Below, piece by piece: positions 38,736 to 51,046 of a stretch of 64,000 nt of DNA. The DNA is from Eledone cirrhosa. Taxonomy: Eukaryota. The number at the start of each line of letters is the position of its first letter. The first letter of the stretch is position 1. The DNA lies in contig OZ024741.1 of assembly GCA_964016885.1 (NCBI GenBank), positions 44,888,001-44,952,000 of the forward strand, given 5' to 3'. Below the pieces are notes generated by a model. It was not told the origin of the DNA. It saw only the letters and a program-made list of their open reading frames with translations, and did no database searches. Position numbers and translations under genes: made by a program.

Positions 38736-41700
38736 TATTTATAAACTCGTTATCTCTTTCCATATCGGTAGACAAAAAACAAGGTATATGGTATCTCAAT
38801 GCATATTGCTTTTTCTGTTTGGATTTAGTGGATTTTGTGTAGTAATTTACGATCGAATATTCAATACGCAACCTCAGACTGGATCCAGTTTAAAAACACG
38901 TCCGTTCACACTATAACCATACGTGAGTTGAAAATCCTTCTATGTTAAACACGTGTTTTCAAGTATCGTTTGGTAATTTGAGTAGAACAATCTCTCTCTA
39001 TGTTTTCCTCCATCCCCCCCCTCCCTCTTTCTTACTCTCGGCCTATATATATGAATGTATGTATGTATTGGTGTGTGTGCGCGTATGTGTGTGTGTGTGA
39101 GGGAGTTAATATTTATAGTTACTTCACTAATTCATATGCTTTTGTTGTGTGGTAACCCACAAACAATACATTCAATGCAATCCAACTGTAATTATCTCTC
39201 TTATTAATCTCCAATATTGCTTTTATTATTATTTGATACGTTCCTGTTTACATGTGGAATGTTGATTTCACCACGTCTCCTTCTACATGCTGCATGTGTG
39301 ATGGGTTTGAATACAATACAACGAATTTAAAATGTTACATAGTATTCCGTTGATTCTGTACATCTATTTGTAAGCTTTAAGAATGCAATTAAAGTGAGGT
39401 TTATCAATATATATATATATCGAAACGGTCATTTAGTCTACATTAAAAAGGAATGTCACTCTATTGAAATCATTGTTATAATAACGCTTTCATTTCAATG
39501 ATTTATCAGATATTTCTTCCCTCTTATATAATTTCTTCATAGAAAACTAGGAAATTTCACATTTCTTCGAGTCTGTCAGAACAGGTGTGTTTAAAGGAAA
39601 TCCACAACTTTCAATAACAATTAATGCCAGCTTTTCCTTCCACACACCAGTCCAATCTTTATGAATGCGCTGCTGGTTATTAGAATTTGTATGAAAAGTA
39701 GTGGCAGATGTAGACACAAAAAACTGACAATGCATGTTAAATAGCCACAGTTTCAGTACGTCATTCTATTATGATACTACAGAGGAAATAATATAAAGAT
39801 GTTGGCTGTCTGGAATGATTGGCAAGGAATTATAAAAAGCCTCACACTGTGATAGCTATCGGACAAACGGTGCAAATAAAAAGATGAAAACATATATATA
39901 TAACATATATATTAGTCTCAGTTTATCTTTAAATTATTGGCTTTATTGTACCATATAAAATATTGCTGATACATGAGTAAATACATCAGTAATAGTTAAA
40001 TAGTTTACAATGTTTTATTTTCCGTGTAAACTGTTTTAATATGTTCCTGTGTGACCATGGTCAAAACTCGATTGTGCATAGAAATTCGATTTTAAAAATT
40101 TCGATTAAAAATAAAAATTAAGATGTGTTAACTCCGCTATCAGTTTGTATCTGAACGTGTGGAAAGTAGTTGCAATGGGGGGGGGGACATCTTTTTTTTC
40201 TTATTTCAATTTGACTTTCATTGAAAGATGTGAAACTATTTTAATTAAAGGAAATTTCTCCAAACCAACCAAACTTCTCTGCAAACTATTTAAACAAACA
40301 TGGAAAATTCAGTATGCACAATTGAGCTGAATACATTACACACATGCTTACACGCATTCACGCAAATACATGCACAGAGCATAGAAAAATATATAAAACT
40401 TCCAGGCGACATAAAAATAAATACATGCATACTTTCTCTATTGTAGCCTGCTAGTGCCTGGCTACATGAGGTTAACGGTAAAATAGGACTGCCATTATAA
40501 CCTAGGCAGTCGTAGAGCACAAAAGGTCACGCATCGTAACACAGAATATGTCACGTTCAGAATTGCAAAATATCGAATTAATCACTCATGGATTATTTTG
40601 ACAACAAATCCAACAAAAACTATGTAGCATTCATGTGAAAATGAAAGATTGAATACAAAGCAAATGCTTTATATGCAGAATTATGCGACCCTTGTTCATG
40701 TACACGCGAACAAGAATGTATGCATCTGACAACGCACATGTTTGTATTCACTTTATTTGTGTTCACTTTACGTGTGCGCTTATTTATACACGAAGACATC
40801 TAATACATAAATATATTTTCAGGAAAGTTTCCAGGAAATATTTCAAGGTTACATGCTAGAATTTAAAAATGTCAAGCTGTTACTAATACAAGCGTAATAA
40901 GCCTACATTTAATGCCTAAAACTCCTCACAAATTGTATCTGTTTCGCTCTCTGGGTTAGTCATGCTTTGTCTGTCTGTATATATGAATATGTGTATATAT
41001 GTAAGCATGTTTGTATGCATGTATGTATATGTATGTATGTTTTTTTTTGCCTTTTTTATCGTTTGATGCTGCTACAAATTCCTTTGGTTTAATCCAAAAT
41101 TGAACTGTGCGAATATTATATGTTTAATCGAGAGGAGCAAATCATGGAACAACATAAGAAGGATAAGGAAGGAGATATGTCAGTGCCTGGTAATGTTCGT
41201 CATTGCTACACACAGAAGTGAACTAATACTTAAAACGAAGGTAGGTAAATGTCAAGATATTCCATCATATCCCAAATCAGCGAAATTTACCCATATAAGA
41301 ATCTCTCCTGCACCTGTAGAAATTACGTGTTTTCTACGTTAAGTGGGTTAATGGTAAAACTCGAAATTCTGTATTTAGAATAAGGTACACAGAGGAGGAT
41401 CAATGTTGAAACACGACCATAATGTACATAGAAGAAACGGGCTCGTAATGTAAGGGACAAAATAAAAAGGACTGTTCGGATTTCAGACAGGAAAAACACT
41501 GTGGTAATTCTCTAATAACATGCTAAACTATAGCATGGCGTCTCACGGGTAAAAATCATGTCTACATAGAAATTACACAGGATAGGAAATCACCTACACG
41601 AAAGAAACTAAAGCTACCCTCAATATAAAGCAAAAATTAACTGGCAATAAGGCCCATTGTCTAGCGAACGAAAACAATAAATAATATAAAACATAGGAAT

Positions 41701-41829
41701 AGATAAACAGGTGTCATAAACCTCCCTCTGTAGAAATCAGAATTAGAATAGTAACTACTCATAACGGGTGAAATATGATAAAATATAAGGACACATTTAG
41801 AGTACACTGTCGAGGCTTCCTTGAGAGAA

Positions 41830-42830
41830 CAAGTGGCTCAGTTTTTGCGGCACTAATTTTCATTCCAGTCGTGAAACCTATCAAATGCAATGCAGATATC
41901 ACCTTATGTTGAGTTAAGTTATACCATGTCGTCTGCAAAATACAGCCGATGATTGTTAACCTGCTAATCGGGATACCACTCCCAAAGCGGCTGCACATGG
42001 CAATCCTGTTCATGAAAATAATATATAGGAGTGGTGAGAGTATGAACCATAGGCGGAGTCCGTCTCCCCCATTGAAAGGTTTTGATTTAGCACCCTGTAT
42101 TCGAATACAAATACTTGGGCATTCGTATAAATACATGAGGGCAACAAGAAGCTGACCATCGATCACATACCCATGCAAAGGCTTCTACAACAGGTACTGA
42201 GGAAACGAAGTCATATGCATTCAAAAGGTTGGCAAAACAAGAATAATCTCATGGAAATAATCCCACGATTTCTCGTAGACCTGCCTGAATATTTCCTCGC
42301 CTATGTTAAATCCACACTTTTCATCACGTAGTATAGTCACAACAATCCTCCTGCATCTCTTTGCCAGACACTTAGCACAAACATTCCCGGGGAGGCTTAA
42401 CAAGAATGCACCTCACTAATTGGAACAATTTCGCCTCTCTCCCTTTTGAAAGTTGGGATTATCATTCCTAACTGCTATTACATAAATGCCTTTCCAGACA
42501 CCAAGGCCACCCTGTACTGACGAGTCAGCCAGCAAATACTTTCTCTAGTTAAACACTTTCACATCTCACACCGGATTCCATCCTCTCCAGCGACTTTTAT
42601 ACATTTGATTTCTTTAATTGTTCTTGTGACCCTCCTGATTACAAGAACATATTCTAATGCTGTTGTAATCGGGTTGAGGAGATCAGTAATGCATTCTCTT
42701 CCCCTCGCGATTATGCACCTCTCCGAAGAGAGAACTCCACTCCAGATAACGTCCCGATAGCAGGTGTGGAGGAGGGCTTCTTATTACGAAGTTGGCAGAT
42801 AGTTTGAAATAGATTATTGATCAAGTCCAG
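41830..42830 (-). pseudogene. RTE-like LINE RT relic
   Basis: LLSLPGNVCAKCLAKRCRRIV..DEKCGF; GAKSKPF..GLR..LSPLLYIIFMNRI; GMKISAAKTE. Confidence 0.7.
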
Positions 42831-43510
42831 AAGCAGACGTAAATATTCAATTTATACTTCACTAGCTTATATTATAAACTCATTTCTATCCATGTGATAT
42901 TTTCAACACTAATAAATTAAACAATATAGTAAGTACCAGTCATGTACTGTGTTCGATATAATCGACTGTACTCCTTCAATCCATTTAGGCAGAAACGTTT
43001 GCTTACATGAGAAATCAATAATTCACATTTACATAATGTGTTTTAATGTGAAAGTGATAGCGATAGTTGCGATAATTTTATTCTTAGGAAGCAGAACTAA
43101 TGGTTATTTGAAATGACGAAATAATGAAAGAAATCTTGACAACAGGAGAGGATTCATAAATCATCATACAATTCACACTCTTCACTTGGATTAGGATATA
43201 GGAAAATTAATCAAGTAAGCGATTGCAATGCAGATCTGATGTGACAGAAAATAGCATAAATATTTAACGACTCGTAATGAAAAGCTGAATCACACTAAAT
43301 TGTATAGAAAATAACAATAATTTCTATCTAAATTATGATTGAAACTTTCCCAAGCGAAACCGATATACCACATCGATATATATATTACACCTAGGTATTC
43401 TGATGTATTCGGTTTTCGTTTATTTACTGTAAGATACAGGTAAGGTTATTAGATTGATCCCAGATGAATGCACATTATTAATACGCTCTAGTTTATATGT
43501 TTACATACAT

Positions 43511-43541
<31 letters not shown>

Positions 43542-43542
43542 C

Positions 43543-43588
<46 letters not shown>

Positions 43589-43590
43589 TC

Positions 43591-43713
<123 letters not shown>

Positions 43714-44187
43714 GAGAGAATGAGTGAGAATAAAGAATGAAAGAAATAGAAAGAGATTGGGAGATATTAACCTTTATTTTTTTATCCACATCCTATCGAA
43801 ATATACTGGGTATAATACATAATATAAACTTATATCGTAGTTATCTATTATACGTGAGAGTAGATGTAGAGTTTCAAACTTAACGATGGTTTTGGCTAAT
43901 TGGAATGAAGTTGTTGGTCATCGACCTGCGTGTGACTGGAGTTATACGGACGCACACACAAACGTATATATATATATATATATATATATAATGAAAATAA
44001 AAGTTACGGACGAAAGAGGGTAATATCCATCGTCAGTTGTCTGCTAGTAATCATAGGTATTTCTTCGCGCTAGAGACAAGATACCTCAGCCTAGGGCGAA
44101 CAATAACTAAAATAAGTCCTTGGGATAAAAAAAGGGGGAGAGAGAGAAAAGAATGTAAACAGACACGAAGGGTGAAGCAACGAAATA

Positions 44188-44277
<90 letters not shown>

Positions 44278-44972
44278 ATGTATATATATATATATGTATA
44301 TATACATTATTTATGTTGCTTCCTCAAAGGCCTGCTGATAGATGAGTTAGTATAAACAACACCAACGCCCTTATATAGAACACGAGTGGGGTGCTTCGAG
44401 TAATCCAGTGAGCATGTGTGTCTAATCTATCCTTAGGGTTAGAACTATCTTCCAAAATATTCTTTCCAATTGCTAATACTCTCTATCGTTCGCAACTCCG
44501 GGTAGAAGGAGCAACGTGAATAAAGTGTGTTGCCCAAGAACATAACGCATCGCCTGGTCCGAGTATTGAAGTCACAATTGAATGAAGGAAGAAATTAAAA
44601 GAAAAAAAGAGCAATAGAAGAGGTGAAGAAAATGAGGGAATAGAGGTGAAATAAAGAATAAAAGAGATGAAAGGATGCTAGGAAGGAAGAAATGGAAGGG
44701 TGTCGTATACACCCCTTGTTATGATGCTGTGAGTTTGCTTATACTAACTCATATCTCAAGAAATCTTTGAGGAAGCAACATCAATAACCCGTCTATGACA
44801 TATCATTGAATGGAAACAGAATGAGTAATTTTTATCTTGATTTTTTCAAGTCTTTTTGTTTTTGTTCATGTAACTTTTTCTTCACGTAATAGCTGTCTGA
44901 TGAGGTCGTAAATATTACACAAACGGGAATACGTATACTAGCGACTGCGTAAATTCTAACTTATTGACCTCT

Positions 44973-45046
<74 letters not shown>

Positions 45047-45306
45047 TATATATATATATATATTAGATAATCATTTGTTGAGTCATTAATTATTTTTAAG
45101 AAATATCTTTTCCTATTTTGTATGTAATTAATCATTCCGTTTTATATAGCAGTTTAAATTTCAGCAAACTTTAAATTTTACGTTCTATTATATCATTGTT
45201 TATATTCGGTTTTTATGAGGAAAGAAATAAACATTGGGAAGAGGTCGTTTATTTTATAATAACCAGCAATAAAAGTTTCTCCACATATGATATATTATTA
45301 TATCAT

Positions 45307-45363
<57 letters not shown>

Positions 45364-45448
45364 ATACTACTACTATTACTTCTACTGCTACTGATCCTAC
45401 TACTACCAATACTACTACTACTACTACCATTACTACTACTACTACTAT

Positions 45449-45500
<52 letters not shown>
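45307..45500 (+). repeat. (CTA)n microsatellite
   Basis: Seen directly. Confidence 0.95.
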
Positions 45501-45501
<1 letters not shown>

Positions 45502-45734
45502 ATGTTATCATTATTATTGTTATTGACGAAAGTGGATGTACGTTTTTTGAAGCTCCGTGAGTAAGCAATTTTTTGAGGATTAATTGTAGAGAATTGTTTA
45601 TCTTTTGTACCGCTGAAGCATTATAAGACATTAATTTGTATCCTGTGAAGGAATAACTCATAATATTTGGGCCTTTTGGCCCAAATATTTGAACTTTATT
45701 TTGAAAAAAATAATAATTTTTTTCTCAAAAAAAC

Positions 45735-47597
45735 ATGGCGGAGCCACGCCCCCTAGAGGCGGGTCTGCTGTCGTGCAACGGCGACTTGAGCGTTGAGAGG
45801 AGAGGTGAGGCGAGGAGCGCCACCAGCACGAATGTGAGCAGCGACAGTGCCAGCACCAACGGGCCGAGCGGCGCGGAAGGTGGTAACAACGACAACACCA
45901 ACACCAACAAGCCGAACAGCGCAGAAGGTGGTAATAGCGAGAGCACCAACAAGGCCAACAGCACAGAAGGTAACCACGACACAGGGGAGAACAACAACAG
46001 CAATAGCAGCAGCAACACCAACAAGAACAACAACAGTGACAACACCAACAAGAACACTTTCGCTGCTGTGGCAGCGGCTAAAAGGAGACCATGCTACAGC
46101 ATCGACTTAACCAACAGAGAGGAAAAGTTGGCCCAGGCCTGGAAAATCATAAACCAAGAGCAGACCTGGGCAAACTTAACTGTCCCGGCAGAAGCCATTG
46201 AGGCAGTGGAAAAAAGAACGGTGCATTTCAGATGCATCTCAGTAGAGACAAAGAGGGCAGCGATAATCGCCCAAGCTGACATAGAAGCCGCACTGAAATA
46301 CATCAGAGAGGACACAGACTTCATAGAGAGGGGCAGGCAATACGGCACCGTTTCGGTGCTGTTCAAGTCTGAAGCCCTCGCTGTGAAGCATTCAATGACC
46401 CCTTGCAAAACCAGCAAGGTCATAATGTACCCCTCCCACATGGGAAAACGAATAGCACGTGTGCGCATTCCCAGGATTCCACCAGGACTTGATATGTGGT
46501 GGCTCCTGGGTTGCGTAATCGTGGAAGGAACGGATACAGTCCCGGTAGAGGCAACGAGAACTGCCAGGGACGACTGGTCCGGGGTTGATCTGGAGATACT
46601 GCTCCAAATCAGACCCGAAAACGTAAAAACAATCCCGGACCACATCCGCCTCCAAAACGGGAGGGTGTTGCATATAATGACTGAGGGCAAAAGGCCGCAT
46701 TGTTTCCTTTGTGGGGAAACGACACACTTGCGAGCCTTCTGCCCTCAACTGCCGAAAAGCGCAAGGGGTCGAAAGATTCCACTGCTGGCGACGCCGGGAC
46801 AAGGACCACCAGCAACACCGTCAACAATGGAACCACCAAAATTGCACACCCAGGGGGGAAACGAGGAAAGCTCTCCCATTCCCCCTCCCCCCCAAAATAC
46901 ACACACGAACAAGAACATAAACACTCACTCAGACACAAACACGCTCACAGCCACAGACCCCTCATCCTCCAGCAGTGAAGATGAGGGAAAACCAAAGTCC
47001 CCCAAAATACAAAAAACAAAACACAAAAAAAAAAGAAATCCACAAAGCACAAACACCCCCACAAAAGAAAATACACACACCACCCACACAAACATTTTCC
47101 CCACAGCATCACCAACACAACCACCAAAATCCCCCAAACGCAAACAAGCTAAACAGACACAAGAACAAATAGACACACAAACATCAGAAACTACAGACAC
47201 CCCACCCACAACAAACGCAGACACAATAGAAACAACACTAACAAAGCTATCACCACCACAATCACACGAACAAATAAAACCCGAGCAACAAAACATTAAA
47301 AACTTCGTGCTTGCCAGAAGGGCCAACAAGGAATTGATGGCCCATGTAGCACGAAGCACAAACATCGAAAAAGACGGGGAAACATTTGAAGCGAGCACAT
47401 TTCGCGTACCAGATAATTTGCTTCTGATGCGAATGTCGCTCGCTTCATACAAAGAAATTCGAAAGAGCTTTCCTCGGGATGTGGGAACCCCGAACGTAAA
47501 ACCCACGTCAAGACTATTAAAGGGGTTCCCAAAAGAAACCCCACAAACCATGGAGGTCGAACCACCCGACCTTCACAAGACCCCGGAAGGTAAGTAA
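45735..47597 (+). CDS. LINE ORF1 (gag-like nucleic-acid-binding protein), 620 aa
   Basis: Zinc knuckle CFLCGETTHLRAFC (CX2CX4HX4C), TFAAVA motif, low-complexity termini; lies 29 bp upstream of ORF2. Confidence 0.9.
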   Translation: MAEPRPLEAGLLSCNGDLSVERRGEARSATSTNVSSDSASTNGPSGAEGGNNDNTNTNKPNSAEGGNSESTNKANSTEGNHDTGENNNSNSSSNTNKNNNSDNTNKNTFAAVAAAKRRPCYSIDLTNREEKLAQAWKIINQEQTWANLTVPAEAIEAVEKRTVHFRCISVETKRAAIIAQADIEAALKYIREDTDFIERGRQYGTVSVLFKSEALAVKHSMTPCKTSKVIMYPSHMGKRIARVRIPRIPPGLDMWWLLGCVIVEGTDTVPVEATRTARDDWSGVDLEILLQIRPENVKTIPDHIRLQNGRVLHIMTEGKRPHCFLCGETTHLRAFCPQLPKSARGRKIPLLATPGQGPPATPSTMEPPKLHTQGGNEESSPIPPPPQNTHTNKNINTHSDTNTLTATDPSSSSSEDEGKPKSPKIQKTKHKKKRNPQSTNTPTKENTHTTHTNIFPTASPTQPPKSPKRKQAKQTQEQIDTQTSETTDTPPTTNADTIETTLTKLSPPQSHEQIKPEQQNIKNFVLARRANKELMAHVARSTNIEKDGETFEASTFRVPDNLLLMRMSLASYKEIRKSFPRDVGTPNVKPTSRLLKGFPKETPQTMEVEPPDLHKTPEGK

Positions 47598-47626
47598 ACC
47601 TTTCCTCTCCCATTCATCCTGCCAGC

Positions 47627-50600
47627 ATGGCCATAAGAGTAGGAAGTTTAAATGTTCGTGGCCTGGGGTCGCCCTGGAAGCAAGGTCACTTGCTCAACGA
47701 CCTCAGGTCACTAGGAATGGATGTAATTGCCATCAGCGAGACCAGAATTTCCGACACACGCGCACTGGCGCCGATTTTCGACGATTATCAGATCTTTGCA
47801 TCTGTTAGTCGGCCGGGAATGGGAGGTGGAGTGGCTGTGCTGTTTAGGAAATGTCTGGATCTCGAGGTAAGGTCAATCTTCCGGGATCCTGACGGAAAGT
47901 TGGTGGTCCTGGACGTGAGCAATAGCGAAGGTGGTGCCTTTAGACTGGTGGCCGTCTACGCCCCTACTGGGGCCGGTCGGCCGGACTTCTTTAGGCGCCT
48001 GGAAAACTTTCTGCTTACGTCTCGCCCTTTACTGTTAATAGGGGATTGGAATGGCATCTTAGAAGCACGCTGGGATTGTGTGGGAGTATCTGATAGGAGC
48101 GGGGGGTGCAAAAGCCTCAAGTACCTGATCAGCCAGTTTCAACTGTCTGACAGGTACCGACTAGATTTCCCTAATGCGCCAGTATGGACCTGGACCAATC
48201 GCATAGGGTCATCTAGATCGTACATAGATAGGATTTTCATTAGGAAAAGAGATAGAAATAGTGTAGGATGTCCACATTTTAAAACGGTTGCCTATTCAGA
48301 TCACAAGCTTGTGATCTGTATGGTCGACCTAGATAAGACACGTAGGTTAGGACCTAGCTACTGGAAGCTAAACATGTCGTTTCCGGCACGTAAAGCTTAC
48401 AGGGACCGGGTCAACAACTTAGTTAAGCAAAAGTTGACAGGGGGGGTTGTCAACAACAGGTGGTGGGGGGCACTCAAAAGAGAGATTAGAGCAACCTCGA
48501 TAGGATTTAGCAAAGAAGTAGCAATAGAGAAAAATAGAAAGGAGGAGGGGCTGATAGCTAAGTTAGACGAGGCTATTTGTAGTGGCATTGCAACAGACGT
48601 GCTAGCGGCGAGAATGGCACTAGACCATTTCTTCAATGCGAAACACGAAGGTTGCATTGTCAGAGCTAAGGCGCGTGCTCTGAGGAACGAGGGAACCAAA
48701 GCTGCCCGATGGGCTCGCTTTGCAGAGACGCAGCGTGGAAATAAAACCACAATTCGGTCTTTGACGGATCGAGATGGACACGAACTGAGCGATTCCAAGC
48801 GGATGTGTGAGGCCTTTCGCCAGCACTTTGCTCGATTGTTCGGGAGGATGGGTGAGTCGGAGATGGCGGCGGACTTCAGTCCCTACCTCGACGGCTTGCC
48901 ACGCCTCTCGACGGCCGACGCTGAGCGCTGCGAAGAGCCGATAACATCAGCCGAAATTCAGGACGCCCTTGTCGGCTGCTCGAGTCGCAAGTCACCCGGT
49001 TTGGATGGTCTGCCCTACGAGCTTTACGTAAATATGCCAGACTTGTTCTCCGATCTCCTCGAAGCGCTCTACTGCAACTGGCAGCAGAACGGGAGCATTC
49101 CCAGTTCTGTGAGCCGTGGCGTAGTGACGCTGATAAGGAAAGACGAGAACAAGAGGGACACACTAGATAATTTCAGGCCCATAACCCTGCTCAACACAGA
49201 GTTTAAGATTTTGGCCAAGGTGTTAGCGAAAAGGTTGGCGCTTGTCGTCAAAGATTTGGTTGGGGAGGCGCAAACTTGCGCAATCCCGACCAGGTCCATA
49301 CACGACAACCTCCACCTCATGCGATACATCATAGAGAGGGTTGGGTGCAAACCTGGCTTCGGTGGGGCTCTGATCAATTTAGATCAATCGAAAGCATTCG
49401 ATAGGGTCGACCATCGGTACTTGGAGGCTGTCCTCGAGGCGGCTGGCTTCGGCCCCGTCTTCAGAAGCTGGATCGCTGCAATGTACAGCGGCATCCGCTC
49501 GGTGGTCAAAGTTAATGGCCACCTCTCGGAACCGTTTCAGATCTCTCGATCGGTCCGTCAAGGGTGCCCTCTCTCCTCACTTCTGTACGTATTGACTCTT
49601 GAGCCTCTACTGCGGAAGCTGGAGTTGTTGCAGGGCATCCCGCTCGAACCGGGACGTAGAAAGGCTGCGTCCGCTTATGCGGACGACATCACCGTGATGG
49701 TGTCGGACACCTCGGAAATCGAGGTGATCCGCACCCATTTGGAGGAATATGAAAGGTTGACGGGAGCAAAACTTAACCCGGAAAAGTCGGTGGGCTTGCA
49801 GCTCGGCACCTGGAGAGGCAAGTCCATGCCGTCCAACAGCGTCGTTGGGCGCTGGACAGACGGACCGGTAAAGTTGCTCGGGGTTTGGTTCGGACCAGAC
49901 CTCCAGGTGGATAAGAATTGGGACGAGGTGACGAGCAGGATAGCCAACCTCACCCAGAAATGGGCTGAGAGAAAGCTATCACTGAAAGGGCGGGCGGAGG
50001 TGGCGAACGCGTACATCGCGTCCGTCATCTACTACCGCCTGACCGTCGTGCCTTGCCCCCGTCCACGCCTCGCCAATTTGGAACGGCTCCTTTTCAAATT
50101 TTTGTGGAGGGGACGGGTCCCGTTGGTGAGGCGGTCCATCTGCTGCCAGCACCCTCTTCGTGGAGGGCTGGGCATGCCGTGGCTAATGATGCGCAGACAT
50201 GCGCTGAGGCTGCGACATCTCCAGATATTTTGCCTAAACGGTGAACAGGTGTGGTCGCCGTTTGTTAGACGGGCCTTTCCGCAGCTCATCTCTTTGACTG
50301 AGCTGCAGTCCTGGGTCAAGAAGAGACCGAGACTGGGCGACTGGCATCTGGAATGTTGCCAGGCGCTCACTGCACTCTGCAAGGTGGGCAATGCGGTCAG
50401 TGGAACTTCCACTCAAGATTTCTATAGAGGATTAGTGGAGGGCAAGTGCGATGACGTACTAGGAGAGGCTCTGGGCGTCAACGAAGTAGAACTGACCAGT
50501 ATGTTCCGGAGGACTTTCGAGCCGGGGACGATGGATAACTTCCAGAAATCCCTCGCTTGGCAGTGCTACCGGGGGGCGCTGCCGGTTCGGGATAAACTCT

Positions 50601-51046
50601 ACAGGCACGGAAGTGCTGTCAGACGAACCTGCCCGAGATGCGCGCAGAGCGACGAAACCGTTCTGCACGCACTCGTCCAGTGTCCGTGCATTGCTGACTT
50701 GTGGGGTTATGTCGAACAGCTATTGTCGCGTGTAGAACGGATCCGGCTATCGTCCGAGTCCATAGTGAAGATTGACCCGCCGCCTTCTTTTGGTCAGGAA
50801 GGGCAGGCAATTTTCCTCTGCCTGGTGGCAGTAGCGAAAGAGGTTGCATGGTGGACCAGGTTGAAAGGACTGAAGACAGACACTTTTCTCTTCGGCCAAT
50901 CCCTCATCAACTTCTTCAAGTTTCACTTGGAAAGGAAGGTGAGGGTGGAGAGAGAAGTGCTGCCCCCCAGTACATTTACTGAAAGGTGGGTGAATGTGGC
51001 GAGAATGGCCCGCGTGAGTGGGCCTACTCTGATCATGCGCCTGTAG
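47627..51046 (+). CDS. LINE ORF2: APE endonuclease, reverse transcriptase and C-terminal zinc finger, 1139 aa
   Basis: SLNVRGL, ISETR, VYAP, GDWN, SYIDRIF, SDHK (APE); KSPGLDG, FRPITLLN, KAFDRV, QGCPLS, YADD (RT); CPRC..ETVLHALVQC. Confidence 0.97.
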   Translation: MAIRVGSLNVRGLGSPWKQGHLLNDLRSLGMDVIAISETRISDTRALAPIFDDYQIFASVSRPGMGGGVAVLFRKCLDLEVRSIFRDPDGKLVVLDVSNSEGGAFRLVAVYAPTGAGRPDFFRRLENFLLTSRPLLLIGDWNGILEARWDCVGVSDRSGGCKSLKYLISQFQLSDRYRLDFPNAPVWTWTNRIGSSRSYIDRIFIRKRDRNSVGCPHFKTVAYSDHKLVICMVDLDKTRRLGPSYWKLNMSFPARKAYRDRVNNLVKQKLTGGVVNNRWWGALKREIRATSIGFSKEVAIEKNRKEEGLIAKLDEAICSGIATDVLAARMALDHFFNAKHEGCIVRAKARALRNEGTKAARWARFAETQRGNKTTIRSLTDRDGHELSDSKRMCEAFRQHFARLFGRMGESEMAADFSPYLDGLPRLSTADAERCEEPITSAEIQDALVGCSSRKSPGLDGLPYELYVNMPDLFSDLLEALYCNWQQNGSIPSSVSRGVVTLIRKDENKRDTLDNFRPITLLNTEFKILAKVLAKRLALVVKDLVGEAQTCAIPTRSIHDNLHLMRYIIERVGCKPGFGGALINLDQSKAFDRVDHRYLEAVLEAAGFGPVFRSWIAAMYSGIRSVVKVNGHLSEPFQISRSVRQGCPLSSLLYVLTLEPLLRKLELLQGIPLEPGRRKAASAYADDITVMVSDTSEIEVIRTHLEEYERLTGAKLNPEKSVGLQLGTWRGKSMPSNSVVGRWTDGPVKLLGVWFGPDLQVDKNWDEVTSRIANLTQKWAERKLSLKGRAEVANAYIASVIYYRLTVVPCPRPRLANLERLLFKFLWRGRVPLVRRSICCQHPLRGGLGMPWLMMRRHALRLRHLQIFCLNGEQVWSPFVRRAFPQLISLTELQSWVKKRPRLGDWHLECCQALTALCKVGNAVSGTSTQDFYRGLVEGKCDDVLGEALGVNEVELTSMFRRTFEPGTMDNFQKSLAWQCYRGALPVRDKLYRHGSAVRRTCPRCAQSDETVLHALVQCPCIADLWGYVEQLLSRVERIRLSSESIVKIDPPPSFGQEGQAIFLCLVAVAKEVAWWTRLKGLKTDTFLFGQSLINFFKFHLERKVRVEREVLPPSTFTERWVNVARMARVSGPTLIMRL

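Noticed and set aside
39547-39735. 62-aa minus-strand ORF ending KKCEIS (CaaX-like), a possible terminal exon
   Set aside because: No recognisable homology and no clear splice acceptor.
44897-44960. CTGATGA motif
   Set aside because: No properly placed GAAA or stem III.
45725-50849. Antisense and alternative-frame ORFs over the LINE
   Set aside because: Expected shadows of GC-rich coding sequence.
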